Translations under genes and position numbers: made by a program
NCBI GenBank assembly: GCA_002085155.1
Contig: NASX01000009.1
Location: forward strand, 59,323 to 123,322
DNA length: 64,000 nucleotides
Origin: Sorangiineae bacterium NIC37A_2
GTDB lineage: Bacteria > Myxococcota_A > Polyangia > Polyangiales > Polyangiaceae
Direction: 5' to 3'
In this document: positions 24,033 to 33,135 of the stretch, piece after piece
How the letters are laid out: every line of letters starts with the position of its first letter
Position numbering within the stretch: position 1 is the first letter of the stretch
The notes under the pieces: model-generated
What the model was told of the DNA's origin: nothing
The model's database searches: none
Seen by the model: only the letters and a program-made list of their open reading frames with translations

Positions 24033-25145
24033 GTGACGATTCACTCCGAGGCTGGGCAAAACGAAGCCCCGAGTGGAGAGCGCGTCCCGCAAATTTATCG
24101 CGGTTGGTATGCTGCTCTGACGACCGACGAGCTCAAGGGCAAAGCGCTCCGGGCCGTGCGCATCTACGATCGGGAGTTCGTCGTGTATCGAGGACCGTCG
24201 GGCCGCGCGGTGGCTCTCGTCGATCGCTGCCCCCACCGCAACGTTCCTTTGTCCCTCGGGAAGCTATCGAAGTGCGGCGAGCTTGAGTGCAAATACCACG
24301 GCTGGACCTTCGCCGAAGACGGGAGGCTGACGAGTGTCCCGGGACGTGTGACGCCTTGCGAGAAAGCCAATGCCATCTCCGTTCCCACTCATGAGGACAA
24401 AGGTCTCGTTTGGATTTGGCCGAGCCCGGACGCACCACCCTCGGTTGGTCCCACGCTGCCCCCGTGCCACGGAGAGCCTGGCTACACGACGGTCGTCAGG
24501 CGCGTGAGCGCCCCCGCCTCTCTCTACCGCACAGCAGAAAACGCGCTCGACGTCCCGCATACGAGCGTCCTGCACCGAGGGCTATTTCGCTCGGGCGAGC
24601 GGCAGCGGGTGACCGTGACCGTGCGACGCAGTGGGCAGAGCGCGGAGGCTGAGTACAGCGGCGAGCGGCCGCCCCGAGGGCTCTTGAGCCGGGTGCTCGG
24701 AGCCGGCGCGAAGGAGCGTGAGCTCGGAGTCGCCGTGCAGCACTGGGACAGGTTCATCCTACCGGCCACCGTCCAAGTCGAATACCGCTTGGGCAGCTCC
24801 ACTCATTTCATCGTGACCGCCTATTGTCTTCCGCGGGACGCCGAGCACACCGAGCTCTTGGCGGTCGCGACATTTCGCACCCCGCTGCCTGGTCGGCTCG
24901 TGGCGGCCGTCTTGTTCCCGGTGGCTCGCTTCGTGTTCGAACAGGATCGCAGGATCTTGGGAGCGCAGTCGCTTGCTCTTCGGGGCAGCGCCCCCGAGTA
25001 TCACTCGAGCGAGCTCGACGCCCTGGGCCAAGAGATCTGGCGACTTCTTCTGCGAGCGGCGCGCCGTGAGAAGGAAGGGAGCCCGGAGGCGGCTCCTTTG
25101 GGCCGTGAGGAAACGATCGTGCAGACCTTCGAGCTTCTCGCGTAG
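24033..25145 (+). CDS. Rieske [2Fe-2S] non-heme iron oxygenase (PaO/Tic55-like family)
   Basis: The Rieske motif is CPHRNVPLSLGKLSKCGELECKYHGWTF. A downstream region has conserved His (NALDVPHTSVLHRGLF). GTG start. Confidence 0.8.
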   Translation: MTIHSEAGQNEAPSGERVPQIYRGWYAALTTDELKGKALRAVRIYDREFVVYRGPSGRAVALVDRCPHRNVPLSLGKLSKCGELECKYHGWTFAEDGRLTSVPGRVTPCEKANAISVPTHEDKGLVWIWPSPDAPPSVGPTLPPCHGEPGYTTVVRRVSAPASLYRTAENALDVPHTSVLHRGLFRSGERQRVTVTVRRSGQSAEAEYSGERPPRGLLSRVLGAGAKERELGVAVQHWDRFILPATVQVEYRLGSSTHFIVTAYCLPRDAEHTELLAVATFRTPLPGRLVAAVLFPVARFVFEQDRRILGAQSLALRGSAPEYHSSELDALGQEIWRLLLRAARREKEGSPEAAPLGREETIVQTFELLA

Positions 25146-25272
25146 GGCGGCACGAACGGAAGCTTCTCGCAAAGGGCGGCGCGAACGGAGAAGGGGCCTT
25201 CGAACGCGTCCCACGCGCCTTGCGGAGCCGATTCTTGTCGCGGGGACCCCGAGTGCTATAGCCGGCCGCGTC

Positions 25273-25815
25273 ATGCAGGAGTCGACGTCCCCGGTTCCGG
25301 CCGAGTCCACTGAAGTGCGTCTGGTCATCACCGCGCTCTCGGGAATCGTGTTTCTCTTGGTCGCGCTGGTGGTCTACTTTCTGCCGGGGGCGACGGACCA
25401 TGAGCGGCCGAGTGTGCTGGCGAGTCTGAACGCCTTCTTGAACGGATGCGCGACGGTCTTCCTCTTGCTCGGCTTCTACTTCGTCCGGCGCGGCAACATT
25501 GTCTGGCACCGCCGCAGCATGCTGGCGGCGTTTGGCGTTTCGAGCTTATTTTTGCTCACCTACCTGCTCCATCACGTTCGGGTGGGGTCGGTTCCCTTTC
25601 AGGGCGTAGGATTCATCCGCGTCGTCTACTTCTCCTTGCTCATCCCGCACATCATCTTGGCGGCCATGATCGTTCCGATGGCCCTGCTCACGATCTACCG
25701 AGGCTGGACCGATCGCATCGCGCTTCACAAGAAGATCGCGAAGGTGACGCTGCCGATTTGGCTCTTCGTTTCGACGAGCGGCGTTGCGCTCTACTTCATG
25801 CTGTACCATCTGTGA
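25273..25815 (+). CDS. DUF420-family integral membrane protein
   Basis: ATG 25273. It has four to five TM helices with a His-rich pattern (WHRRSMLAAFGVSSLFLLTYLLHH...LLIPHIILAAMIVPMALLTIYRG...HKKIAKVTLPIWLFVS) characteristic of DUF420. Confidence 0.65.
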   Translation: MQESTSPVPAESTEVRLVITALSGIVFLLVALVVYFLPGATDHERPSVLASLNAFLNGCATVFLLLGFYFVRRGNIVWHRRSMLAAFGVSSLFLLTYLLHHVRVGSVPFQGVGFIRVVYFSLLIPHIILAAMIVPMALLTIYRGWTDRIALHKKIAKVTLPIWLFVSTSGVALYFMLYHL

Positions 25816-25850
25816 GCTGGTGGTGAGGGTCAACGAGAGCCCGTGAGGCG

Positions 25851-26309
25851 ATGAAAGCTGTCATTCAGCGCGTCAGGCGCGCCCGGGTCACGGTGGGCGA
25901 GGAGATCGTTGGCGAGATCGGCCACGGGCTCTGCGTTTTGGTCGGAGTCGAGCGCGGCGACGAGCCCACAGACGCGCAAGAGCTCGCGCGAAAGCTCGTG
26001 AACTTGCGCATTTTCGAAGACGAGGCGGGGAAAATGAACCTGAGCGTGAAGGACGTCGGCGGGTCTCTGCTCCTCGTCAGCCAGTTCACCCTGCTCGGTG
26101 ATACACGCCGGGGGCACCGCCCGGGGTTCTCTCAGGCCATGGAGCCGGAGGGGGCGGCGCGCCTCTTTGAAGAATGTGTGGCCGCGGTCGGGGCCCAGGG
26201 GGTCCCCGTCGCTACGGGGCGCTTCCGGGCCGAAATGTTGGTCTCACTGGAAAACGACGGCCCGGTAACGATCCTAGTGGATACGCGAGCGCGGGCCGGA
26301 TCTTCCTAA
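25851..26309 (+). CDS. dtd: D-aminoacyl-tRNA deacylase
   Basis: MKAVIQRVRRARVTVGEEIVGEIGHGLCVLVGVERGD...KLVNLRIFEDEAGKMNLSV...LLLVSQFTLLGDTRRGHRPGF is the full-length Dtd pattern. Confidence 0.9.
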   Translation: MKAVIQRVRRARVTVGEEIVGEIGHGLCVLVGVERGDEPTDAQELARKLVNLRIFEDEAGKMNLSVKDVGGSLLLVSQFTLLGDTRRGHRPGFSQAMEPEGAARLFEECVAAVGAQGVPVATGRFRAEMLVSLENDGPVTILVDTRARAGSS

Positions 26310-26315
26310 GGGGCC

Positions 26316-26630
26316 TCAGCTGAGCTCGCCGCTCTTGGCCTTCTCGATCCACTTGCCGATTTCGCGCTCGATGATCTCGATCGCCTTGCCCTGGAAGGGG
26401 CGCAGCAAGAAGGGCACGTCGAGCTCGATGTCGATGGTGGAGGGGCGGACAGAGACCGAACCGTTCAAAGTCATCCCCTTGGCGGAGAAGGCCACCTGGG
26501 CCTCGTCGTCGCTCTTCCACGTCGTCTTCGGGCTGAACTCCGCGAAACGGTCGGAATAGTTGCTGAAGGCGGCTCGGACGACCTGGCGCGCAGTTTCGAG
26601 ACCGAGGGAATGGGGGACGGAGTGCTTCAT
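26316..26630 (-). CDS. Putative polyhydroxyalkanoic-acid-system family small protein
   Basis: This 104-aa ORF runs from ATG 26630: MKHSVPHSLGLETARQVVRAAFSNYSDRFAEF...WKSDDEAQVAFSAKGMTLNGSVSVRPSTIDIELDVPFLLRPFQGKAIEIIEREIGKWI. It matches my recollection of the PHA_gran_rgn family. The track ORF extends further upstream through an implausible Pro/Arg-rich stretch. Confidence 0.55.
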   Translation of the reverse strand: MKHSVPHSLGLETARQVVRAAFSNYSDRFAEFSPKTTWKSDDEAQVAFSAKGMTLNGSVSVRPSTIDIELDVPFLLRPFQGKAIEIIEREIGKWIEKAKSGELS

Positions 26631-26658
26631 CGCGCCAGAGGGTCTAAGGGAAACTGTC

Positions 26659-27582
26659 TTGACAGGCAACCGCCTGGAGCAGATACGTCCGCCCGTGATC
26701 GGCGTAGATTTTGGTGGCACAGGGATTAAGGCCGGAATCGTTGAGGGGGGACGGGTCCTCCGGTCCTTCGACGAACCCACCCCGACCACCGGGCGGGCGG
26801 AAGACGTGCTGGACGCGATTGCTCGCGCCGTGTTGGCCCTGACGCCGAAGCCGGAGAGTGTCGGGATCGCGATCCCGGGGGAAGTCGACTCCGAGGGGCG
26901 CTGCTGGGGCTTGCCGAACGTTCCGGGCTTCCGCGGAGTGAACCTGGGCGTGCGCTTGAGCGAGAAGCTCGGCTGCCCTGTGGCTGTCGAAAACGATGCC
27001 ACGACGGCGGCCCTCGGGGAGTACCTTTGCGGCCACGGAACGCGCTTTCCGTCGTTCTTGATGGTGACCTTGGGCACGGGAGTTGGGGGTGGCCTCGTCC
27101 TCGGTGGCCAGCTCTACCCGGGAGCCAACGGGTTCGCCGGAGAGATCGGCCACATCAACGTCGATCGCAGCGAAGGAGCGCCGCCCTGTGGCTGCGGCCG
27201 ACGCGGCTGTCTCGAGACCTATACGGGTACCGCAGCCCTCAAGCGGATGTTCAAGACCTTCGGTGGCTATGACGTCGCCGGGATCAAGGAAATTGCTGAC
27301 AACGCGCGGGCGGGCGGGCGCGCCGGACTCGACACGTTCCAGGCGATGGGCGAGTGGCTCGGACGGGGTCTTTCGGCCATCCAGAACACCTTGGATCTGA
27401 ACGCGCTCATCTTCACGGGCGGGATCTCGAATGCCTTCGATCTCATTGAGCCCTCACTGCGCACGGCCCTCCGCGAGAACTGTGTTGCGGAGCCGCTCGC
27501 TGAGGTGCCGCTCGTCGTGAGTGAGCTCGGGGCACAGGCAGGTGTGATCGGTGCCGCTCACCTGCCGCAGCTCGGAGCTTGA
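26659..27582 (+). CDS. glk: ROK-family glucokinase
   Basis: It has VIGVDFGGTGIKAGIV, GIAIPGEVD, ENDATTAALGE, GEIGH and the Zn motif PPCGCGRRGCLETY. The start is uncertain (TTG 26659 or GTG 26695). The track start 26560 would overlap the convergent gene. Confidence 0.8.
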   Translation: MTGNRLEQIRPPVIGVDFGGTGIKAGIVEGGRVLRSFDEPTPTTGRAEDVLDAIARAVLALTPKPESVGIAIPGEVDSEGRCWGLPNVPGFRGVNLGVRLSEKLGCPVAVENDATTAALGEYLCGHGTRFPSFLMVTLGTGVGGGLVLGGQLYPGANGFAGEIGHINVDRSEGAPPCGCGRRGCLETYTGTAALKRMFKTFGGYDVAGIKEIADNARAGGRAGLDTFQAMGEWLGRGLSAIQNTLDLNALIFTGGISNAFDLIEPSLRTALRENCVAEPLAEVPLVVSELGAQAGVIGAAHLPQLGA

Positions 27583-27603
27583 GGCGCCCTCCTGGGGCCG
27601 AAG

Positions 27604-27918
27604 TCACCGGAGCGGCGCGTTCACTGGGCGAATGCGAATGAAGCCGGGGCCCGCTTTGACGCGGGCCTGACACGCGAGGCGGCTGTTCGGCGGACCGTCG
27701 AGCAGGTCGAGGAGATCCGCTTCCGCCTCCGAGGGGGGCTCAAAGAGATCTGCGCCTTCGAGGATTTCGATGTGGCAGGTGCCGCAGCTCGCCGAACGGC
27801 AGGAAAAGGGGATCGCCGCTAAGACCTGGTCGCAGACGTCGACGAGATCGCCGCCTTCTGGAACTTCGGCCCATTTCTCCGAGAGCAGCCCGACGGCTTC
27901 GAATTCGATGGAAGGCAT
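27604..27918 (-). CDS. Plant-type [2Fe-2S] ferredoxin
   Basis: ATG 27918. The Cys ligands are FSCRSASCGTCHIEILEG...RLACQARV (C-x4-C-x2-C...C). Confidence 0.75.
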   Translation of the reverse strand: MPSIEFEAVGLLSEKWAEVPEGGDLVDVCDQVLAAIPFSCRSASCGTCHIEILEGADLFEPPSEAEADLLDLLDGPPNSRLACQARVKAGPGFIRIRPVNAPLR

Positions 27919-28012
27919 GAAAACGGGGCGGACTCTAGCTTCCGGCTCTCGACTCGCAAGCAATACGAGCCGGAGAAGAGGCCGCCCCCTCGAGGCAACC
28001 CGGACGGCGGGC

Positions 28013-29023
28013 TTAAGTCCCTGAGTCTGCTTCCCCTGCTTCGCCTTGTGCGGGTAGATCGTGCAGGATGACCTCGTCCTTGGAGAAGAGCGGGATCAAA
28101 AGGCGGTTTCGCCCTTCGTCGTAGCCGATGTCGGCGGGGGAGGCGACGCCCGTCACGACCTCGATGAAGCTTCCGCCGGGACTGCCGCAGTGCACGCTCG
28201 AGGTCTCCCAGGAGGACACGCACACGCGTCCGTCCTTCAGACGCACGACGCCGTCATTCTGTCCGCCCACCTTCTGCGCCGACTCGCGCTTGCCCTTGTC
28301 GGAGACCCAGTAGAGCTCTCCGCTCCCGAAGGTCACGATCCAGGTCCCGCCCGCGTCAGGGAGGACGCCGTTCGGATGACCCAGGTCCTTTTCGGTTGTG
28401 AGCTTACGAAGAGCCCCACTCGTGATCTTAAAGACAGCGTCCGTGCCGGAAGCGGAAAAATCGGGCTTGAAGCCAGAGTCTGTCACGTAGAGGCTCCCGT
28501 CAGGGCCCGCCGCGATGTCGTTGACGAAGGTCGCGCCGGGGATGACGATATCGCCGCGCGGAGTGCCCGTCTTGGCGTCGAACATGCGGACTCGATCGAT
28601 GTCGGTCACGTAGAGCACGCCGCCCGCGACGGCGAGGCCTTTGGGCGCGTTGAGCTGGACGGCAGCGTCGGCACCATCGATGAATTTCAGTGTGATCTCG
28701 CCGCTGGGGGTGATCTTTGAGATGAAACCGTTATCATCTTTGTCCGTCGGCGAGCCGTTGATATTGCTCACGAAGTAGACATCTTGCGTCGGATCGTGGA
28801 CGACACTTTCCGGCGTCTGGAAGCCGACTTTGGCCAGGATGACGACTCCGACGTCCTCGGGCTTGGCGACGGGATCCGGCTCGACGGGCGGAGGGACATG
28901 CTCGGGCGGGGGCTCTGGCGGAGGCGGCGGGGTGGCGGCCCCTTCGCTGCTCGCGCTCCTGCCACCACACGCGGTGAGGCACATCATGAAGCCAATGGTC
29001 AGGTGGGTGAAAGTTCGCTGCAT
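28013..29023 (-). CDS. Lipoprotein with an SMP-30/gluconolactonase/LRE-like (NHL-type) beta-propeller
   Basis: ATG 29023 gives MQRTFTHLTIGFMMCLTACGG, followed by a Pro-rich linker. Repeated blades follow (DVYFVSN, GVLYVTDID, GSLYVTDSG, TWIVTFGSGELYWV). Confidence 0.6.
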   Translation of the reverse strand: MQRTFTHLTIGFMMCLTACGGRSASSEGAATPPPPPEPPPEHVPPPVEPDPVAKPEDVGVVILAKVGFQTPESVVHDPTQDVYFVSNINGSPTDKDDNGFISKITPSGEITLKFIDGADAAVQLNAPKGLAVAGGVLYVTDIDRVRMFDAKTGTPRGDIVIPGATFVNDIAAGPDGSLYVTDSGFKPDFSASGTDAVFKITSGALRKLTTEKDLGHPNGVLPDAGGTWIVTFGSGELYWVSDKGKRESAQKVGGQNDGVVRLKDGRVCVSSWETSSVHCGSPGGSFIEVVTGVASPADIGYDEGRNRLLIPLFSKDEVILHDLPAQGEAGEADSGT

Positions 29024-29233
29024 CACGTCTCCGTTTCTGGAGCCCGGGGGACCTAGTGCCACCTCGCGCTCCTTCACTCACCTTGGAGCCTAACGCGATC
29101 CGGGCGTCCTGCGCGAGGGACTCACGTCAGCCCAGTTTCTGGCCGGTTTCGGTCGCGCGTTCGGACGTGTTCCGATGACATTCGATCGCTGTTCAGGGCG
29201 CTCGCCATCTTCCGACTGCCTACGAGCCGTGTC

Positions 29234-31720
29234 ATGGTGGCGTTCGTGAATCCTGCCCTGATCAACGTGCCCATCGAACCGCTCGAGATGACTCAGAAGG
29301 CACTCGTGCAGTCCTTCGTCCACCACATCCAGCACACGCAAGGAAAACACCCGCGCGCGGCGACCTCCTTGGACCATTTCGTGGCCACGGCGCGTTCGGC
29401 GCGCGATCGCATGTACGACCTGTGGACGCGGACTTGGGAGCGGCGCCGGCTGCACACGAAGCCCAAGTACGTCTACTATTTGTCGCTCGAGTTCTTGATG
29501 GGCCGTTTGCTCTCCGACGGGCTCATGGCCCTCGGCATCTACAAGGAGGCGGAAGCCGCGCTCGCGGAGCTCGGGCTCGACCTCGAGACGGTGCTTGAGC
29601 AGGAGCGCGATCCGGGGCTCGGCAACGGCGGCCTCGGTCGTTTGGCCGCTTGCTTCATCGATAGCCTGGCGACGCTCGGGATCCCGGCCGTCGGCTACGG
29701 CCTTCGCTATGATTACGGGATCTTCCGTCAGGACATTCATGATGGGCGTCAGCACGAGGCGCCCGACATGTGGCTCCAGTACGGGAGCCCCTGGGAAGTA
29801 GCTCGTCCGGAGCGCACTTATCCCGTCCGCTTCGGCGGCCGGGTGATCCAATACACGGGCCCGAATGGCCGGCTGGTCCATGAGTGGATCGATTGCGACA
29901 CAGTCTTCGCCATGGCCCACGACATTCCCGTCCCGGGCTACAAGAACGGCGTCGTCAATACGCTTCGCCTCTGGAGCGCTCGGGCGAGCCGCGATTTCGA
30001 TATCGCCTACTTCAACGCGGGAGACTACGCGCGCGCGGTGGAGCGCCGGAGCCACGACGAGAACATCACGCGCGTCCTCTACCCGAACGATAACCATGAG
30101 CTCGGCAAGGAGCTCCGCCTGAAGCAAGAGTACTTCCTCGTCTCAGCGACCTTGCAGGATTGTGTCGCTCGACATCTCGCGACCCACGGTGACATCCGGA
30201 CCCTATCGGCCGGAGCCGCCTTCCAGCTCAACGATACGCACCCCGCGCTCGCCGTGGCCGAGATCATGCGCATGCTCATCGACGACTACGGTCTGACCTG
30301 GGATGAGGCGTGGAAGATCACGCGCGGTAGCGTGAACTACACGAACCACACGCTCTTGCCCGAGGCCCTCGAGAAATGGCCCGTTTGGCTCATGGAGCGC
30401 CTGCTCCCGCGCCATCTCCAGATCATCTACGAGATCAATCACCACTTCATGACCGATCTCGACGCGCGTTATCCGGGCGACGACGATCGCAAGCGTCGCA
30501 TGAGCTTGATCGAGGAAGGCCCGACGCGCTTCGTGCGCATGGCGAATTTGGCGGTGCTCGGCAGCGCGAAGGTGAACGGCGTCTCGGCTCTTCACTCACA
30601 GCTTCTCAAAGAGAATCTGTTCCGCGACTTCGAGGAGTACGAGCCGGGCAAGCTGACCAATCAGACCAACGGCGTGACGCCGCGGCGCTGGATGCTCAAG
30701 TGCAACCCGGGTCAGTCGGAGCTCTTGGATCGGGCGATCGGAAAAGGCTGGGAGGTGAATTGTGAGCGCCTGGTGGGCCTCGAAACCTACGCCAATGATC
30801 CCGCTTTCCAGGCGGACTTTCGCGCGGTGAAGCGCGCCAACAAAGAGCGCCTTTGTGACAAGCTCTGGCGCGAGGCGGGCATCGAGCTTGACCCGTCGTT
30901 CATCATCGACAGCCAGATCAAGCGCATCCACGAGTACAAGCGCCAAACTCTAAACGTGCTCCACGCCGTCGCCCTCTATCAGGCGTACAAGGCGGATCCG
31001 AAGCTCTGCGCCGAGGCGCTGCCGCGCGCCTTCTTGTTCGCTGGTAAGGCGGCTCCCGGTTACGAGACGGCCAAGAACATCATTTGGCTCATCAACTCGG
31101 TCGGCAACATCGTCAACAACGACCCGGCCGTTCGCTCGAAACTCCGCGTCATTTTCGTCCCAAACTACAGCGTCAGCTGGGCCGAGACGATCATCCCGGC
31201 CACCGAAATTTCAGAGCAGATTTCGACCGCCGGTTATGAGGCCTCGGGCACCGGGAACATGAAGTTTGCGATGAACGGTGCGCTCACGATCGGAACGCTC
31301 GACGGTGCGAACGTCGAGATGCGCGACGCCGTCGGCGAAGAGAACATCTTCATCTTCGGGCTCGAAGCGCACGAAGTCGAAGCAGCGAAACGTCAGGGCT
31401 ATAGCGCGCGTCAGCTCTACGCGTCTGATCGTACGATCCGCGGCGTGATCGATGGCATCATGCATGGCCAGTTCAGTCCGGAGGAGCCGAGCCGCTTCGT
31501 GGGCTTGATGGAGGGCCTCTTGAACAACGACACCTTCCTCGCCCTCGCCGACTTCCGGAGCTACCAGGCTTGTCAGCGGGTGGTGGCGGACGCCTACCGC
31601 GACGTGGAAGGCTGGACGCGCAAGTCGATCCTGAACGTGGCCCGCATGGGCTTCTTCTCGAGCGACCGGACGATCCGCGGTTACGCCCAGGAAATCTGGG
31701 GCGTGTCCTCGCTGGTTTGA
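29234..31720 (+). CDS. glgP: Glycogen/alpha-glucan phosphorylase
   Basis: It has LGNGGLGRLAACFIDSLATL and the PLP-site signature EASGTGNMKFAMNGALTIGTLDGANVE, at ~820 aa. An alternative start is ATG 29288. Confidence 0.92.
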   Translation: MVAFVNPALINVPIEPLEMTQKALVQSFVHHIQHTQGKHPRAATSLDHFVATARSARDRMYDLWTRTWERRRLHTKPKYVYYLSLEFLMGRLLSDGLMALGIYKEAEAALAELGLDLETVLEQERDPGLGNGGLGRLAACFIDSLATLGIPAVGYGLRYDYGIFRQDIHDGRQHEAPDMWLQYGSPWEVARPERTYPVRFGGRVIQYTGPNGRLVHEWIDCDTVFAMAHDIPVPGYKNGVVNTLRLWSARASRDFDIAYFNAGDYARAVERRSHDENITRVLYPNDNHELGKELRLKQEYFLVSATLQDCVARHLATHGDIRTLSAGAAFQLNDTHPALAVAEIMRMLIDDYGLTWDEAWKITRGSVNYTNHTLLPEALEKWPVWLMERLLPRHLQIIYEINHHFMTDLDARYPGDDDRKRRMSLIEEGPTRFVRMANLAVLGSAKVNGVSALHSQLLKENLFRDFEEYEPGKLTNQTNGVTPRRWMLKCNPGQSELLDRAIGKGWEVNCERLVGLETYANDPAFQADFRAVKRANKERLCDKLWREAGIELDPSFIIDSQIKRIHEYKRQTLNVLHAVALYQAYKADPKLCAEALPRAFLFAGKAAPGYETAKNIIWLINSVGNIVNNDPAVRSKLRVIFVPNYSVSWAETIIPATEISEQISTAGYEASGTGNMKFAMNGALTIGTLDGANVEMRDAVGEENIFIFGLEAHEVEAAKRQGYSARQLYASDRTIRGVIDGIMHGQFSPEEPSRFVGLMEGLLNNDTFLALADFRSYQACQRVVADAYRDVEGWTRKSILNVARMGFFSSDRTIRGYAQEIWGVSSLV

Positions 31721-31741
31721 CGAAAAACCCGCTGCAAAGGG

Positions 31742-31771
31742 CCGGGGCCGTGGTCATCGACACGGCCCCGG
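31742..31771 (+). terminator. Hairpin after glgP
   Basis: CCGGGGCCGTG (31742-31752) pairs with CACGGCCCCGG (31761-31771), a perfect 11-bp stem with an 8-nt loop. There is no U-tract. Confidence 0.45.
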
Positions 31772-31794
31772 AGCTGTGCCAATAGGACGGCCCT

Positions 31795-33135
31795 ATGTCC
31801 CGTATCGCCGCCAAATTCGGTGGAACGAGCTGCGCAAGCGCCGCCCAAATTCGGAAGGTCAAGAGCATTGTCGACGAGGATCCTCGGCGACAAGTTGTCG
31901 TCGTCTCGGCGCCGGGTAAGCGCGTCAAGACGGAAGCCAAGGTCACCGACCTTCTCTACTTGTGCGCTGAGACAGTCCAGATTGGGGCCGACGCGCGTGG
32001 CACCTTCGACGTCATCGCTGAGCGTTTTCTCGAGATCGAGCGTGAGCTCGGCGTCGACGCCGGCATCGCCTCTGAGATGGAGCTCTTTTGGGAGCAGCTC
32101 AAGGCGGGGGTGACGCTCGATTTCGTGGCGTCGCGTGGTGAATATTGGAACGCCAAAATCGTCGCGCGTTTCCTCGACGCGATCTTCATCGATCCGCTGA
32201 AGTCGATCTCGATTCTCTCGAATGGTCTTGTTGATCCGGCGACCTATGAGGCCCTCGGCGCTGAGCTCCAGCCTGGACGCCGCTATTTGATCCCGGGTTT
32301 CTACGGGCGCGGCCCGGACGGCCAGGTGAAGACCTTCTCCCGCGGCGGTTCGGACATTTCCGGCGCGATCGCCGCTCGCGCGATCGGCGCTGTCGTGTAC
32401 GAGAACTGGACGGACGTCTCCGGATTTTTGATGGCCGACCCGCGCATCATCGACAGCCCGCGTCCGATGGTCGAGGTGACTTACCGCGAGCTGCGCGAGC
32501 TCTCGTACATGGGCGCGTCGGTGCTTCACGATGAAGCGACCTTGCCGGTGCGTGAAGTGGGCATCCCGATTCAGATCAAGAACACCAACGAGCCTTCTCA
32601 TCCTGGCACACGCATCGTGAGCCGACTGAGCGATCAGGAGGAGAAGACAACGGCCATTGCCGGTATCGCCGGCAAGGAGACGTTCTCGATGATCTGCATC
32701 GAGAAGAGCCTCATGAACAAGGAGGTCGGCTTTACCTACCGCGCCCTCGGCATCCTGCAGCAGCGCGGCCTCAGCATCGAACATGTTCCGTCGAGCATCG
32801 ACGGCCTGAACATCATTTGTGACTCCGAGAAGCTCTTGCCCCAGGCGGATCAGGTGCTCAAGGAGATCCAGACCCAGCTCTCGCCCGACAAGGTGACGCT
32901 GGTGCGCGAGCTTGCGCTGATCGCGATCGTCGGTGAAGGCATGAGCCGCACCATCGGTATCTCCGCGCGGGTGTTCGGCGCGCTCGCCCGGGCCAACGTG
33001 AACGTTCAAGTCATCAACCAGGGCGCGAGCGAAGTGAACATCATCGTCGGCGTGGCACCGGCGGACTTCAAGACCGCGATCGCCGCGCTCTATCACGAGT
33101 TCGTCGACTCGAAGAGCGGTCAGCCGCGCGTCTGA
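31795..33135 (+). CDS. lysC: Aspartate kinase (monofunctional, ~446 aa class)
   Basis: It has the N-terminal KFGGTSCASA, VVVSAPG, FSRGGSDISGA, and C-terminal ACT-like repeats (IAIVGEGM...VNVQVINQGASEVNIIVGV). Confidence 0.9.
   Translation: MSRIAAKFGGTSCASAAQIRKVKSIVDEDPRRQVVVVSAPGKRVKTEAKVTDLLYLCAETVQIGADARGTFDVIAERFLEIERELGVDAGIASEMELFWEQLKAGVTLDFVASRGEYWNAKIVARFLDAIFIDPLKSISILSNGLVDPATYEALGAELQPGRRYLIPGFYGRGPDGQVKTFSRGGSDISGAIAARAIGAVVYENWTDVSGFLMADPRIIDSPRPMVEVTYRELRELSYMGASVLHDEATLPVREVGIPIQIKNTNEPSHPGTRIVSRLSDQEEKTTAIAGIAGKETFSMICIEKSLMNKEVGFTYRALGILQQRGLSIEHVPSSIDGLNIICDSEKLLPQADQVLKEIQTQLSPDKVTLVRELALIAIVGEGMSRTIGISARVFGALARANVNVQVINQGASEVNIIVGVAPADFKTAIAALYHEFVDSKSGQPRV

Noticed and set aside
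31721-31794. Possible lysine riboswitch (L-box) ahead of aspartate kinase
   Set aside because: The spacer is only 74 nt and is occupied by one simple 11-bp hairpin. That is far too short for an L-box aptamer.
29090-33096. 345-aa (29090-30127) and 471-aa (31681-33096) minus-strand ORFs
   Set aside because: They are antisense to glgP and aspartate kinase respectively. They have no motifs and are shadow frames.
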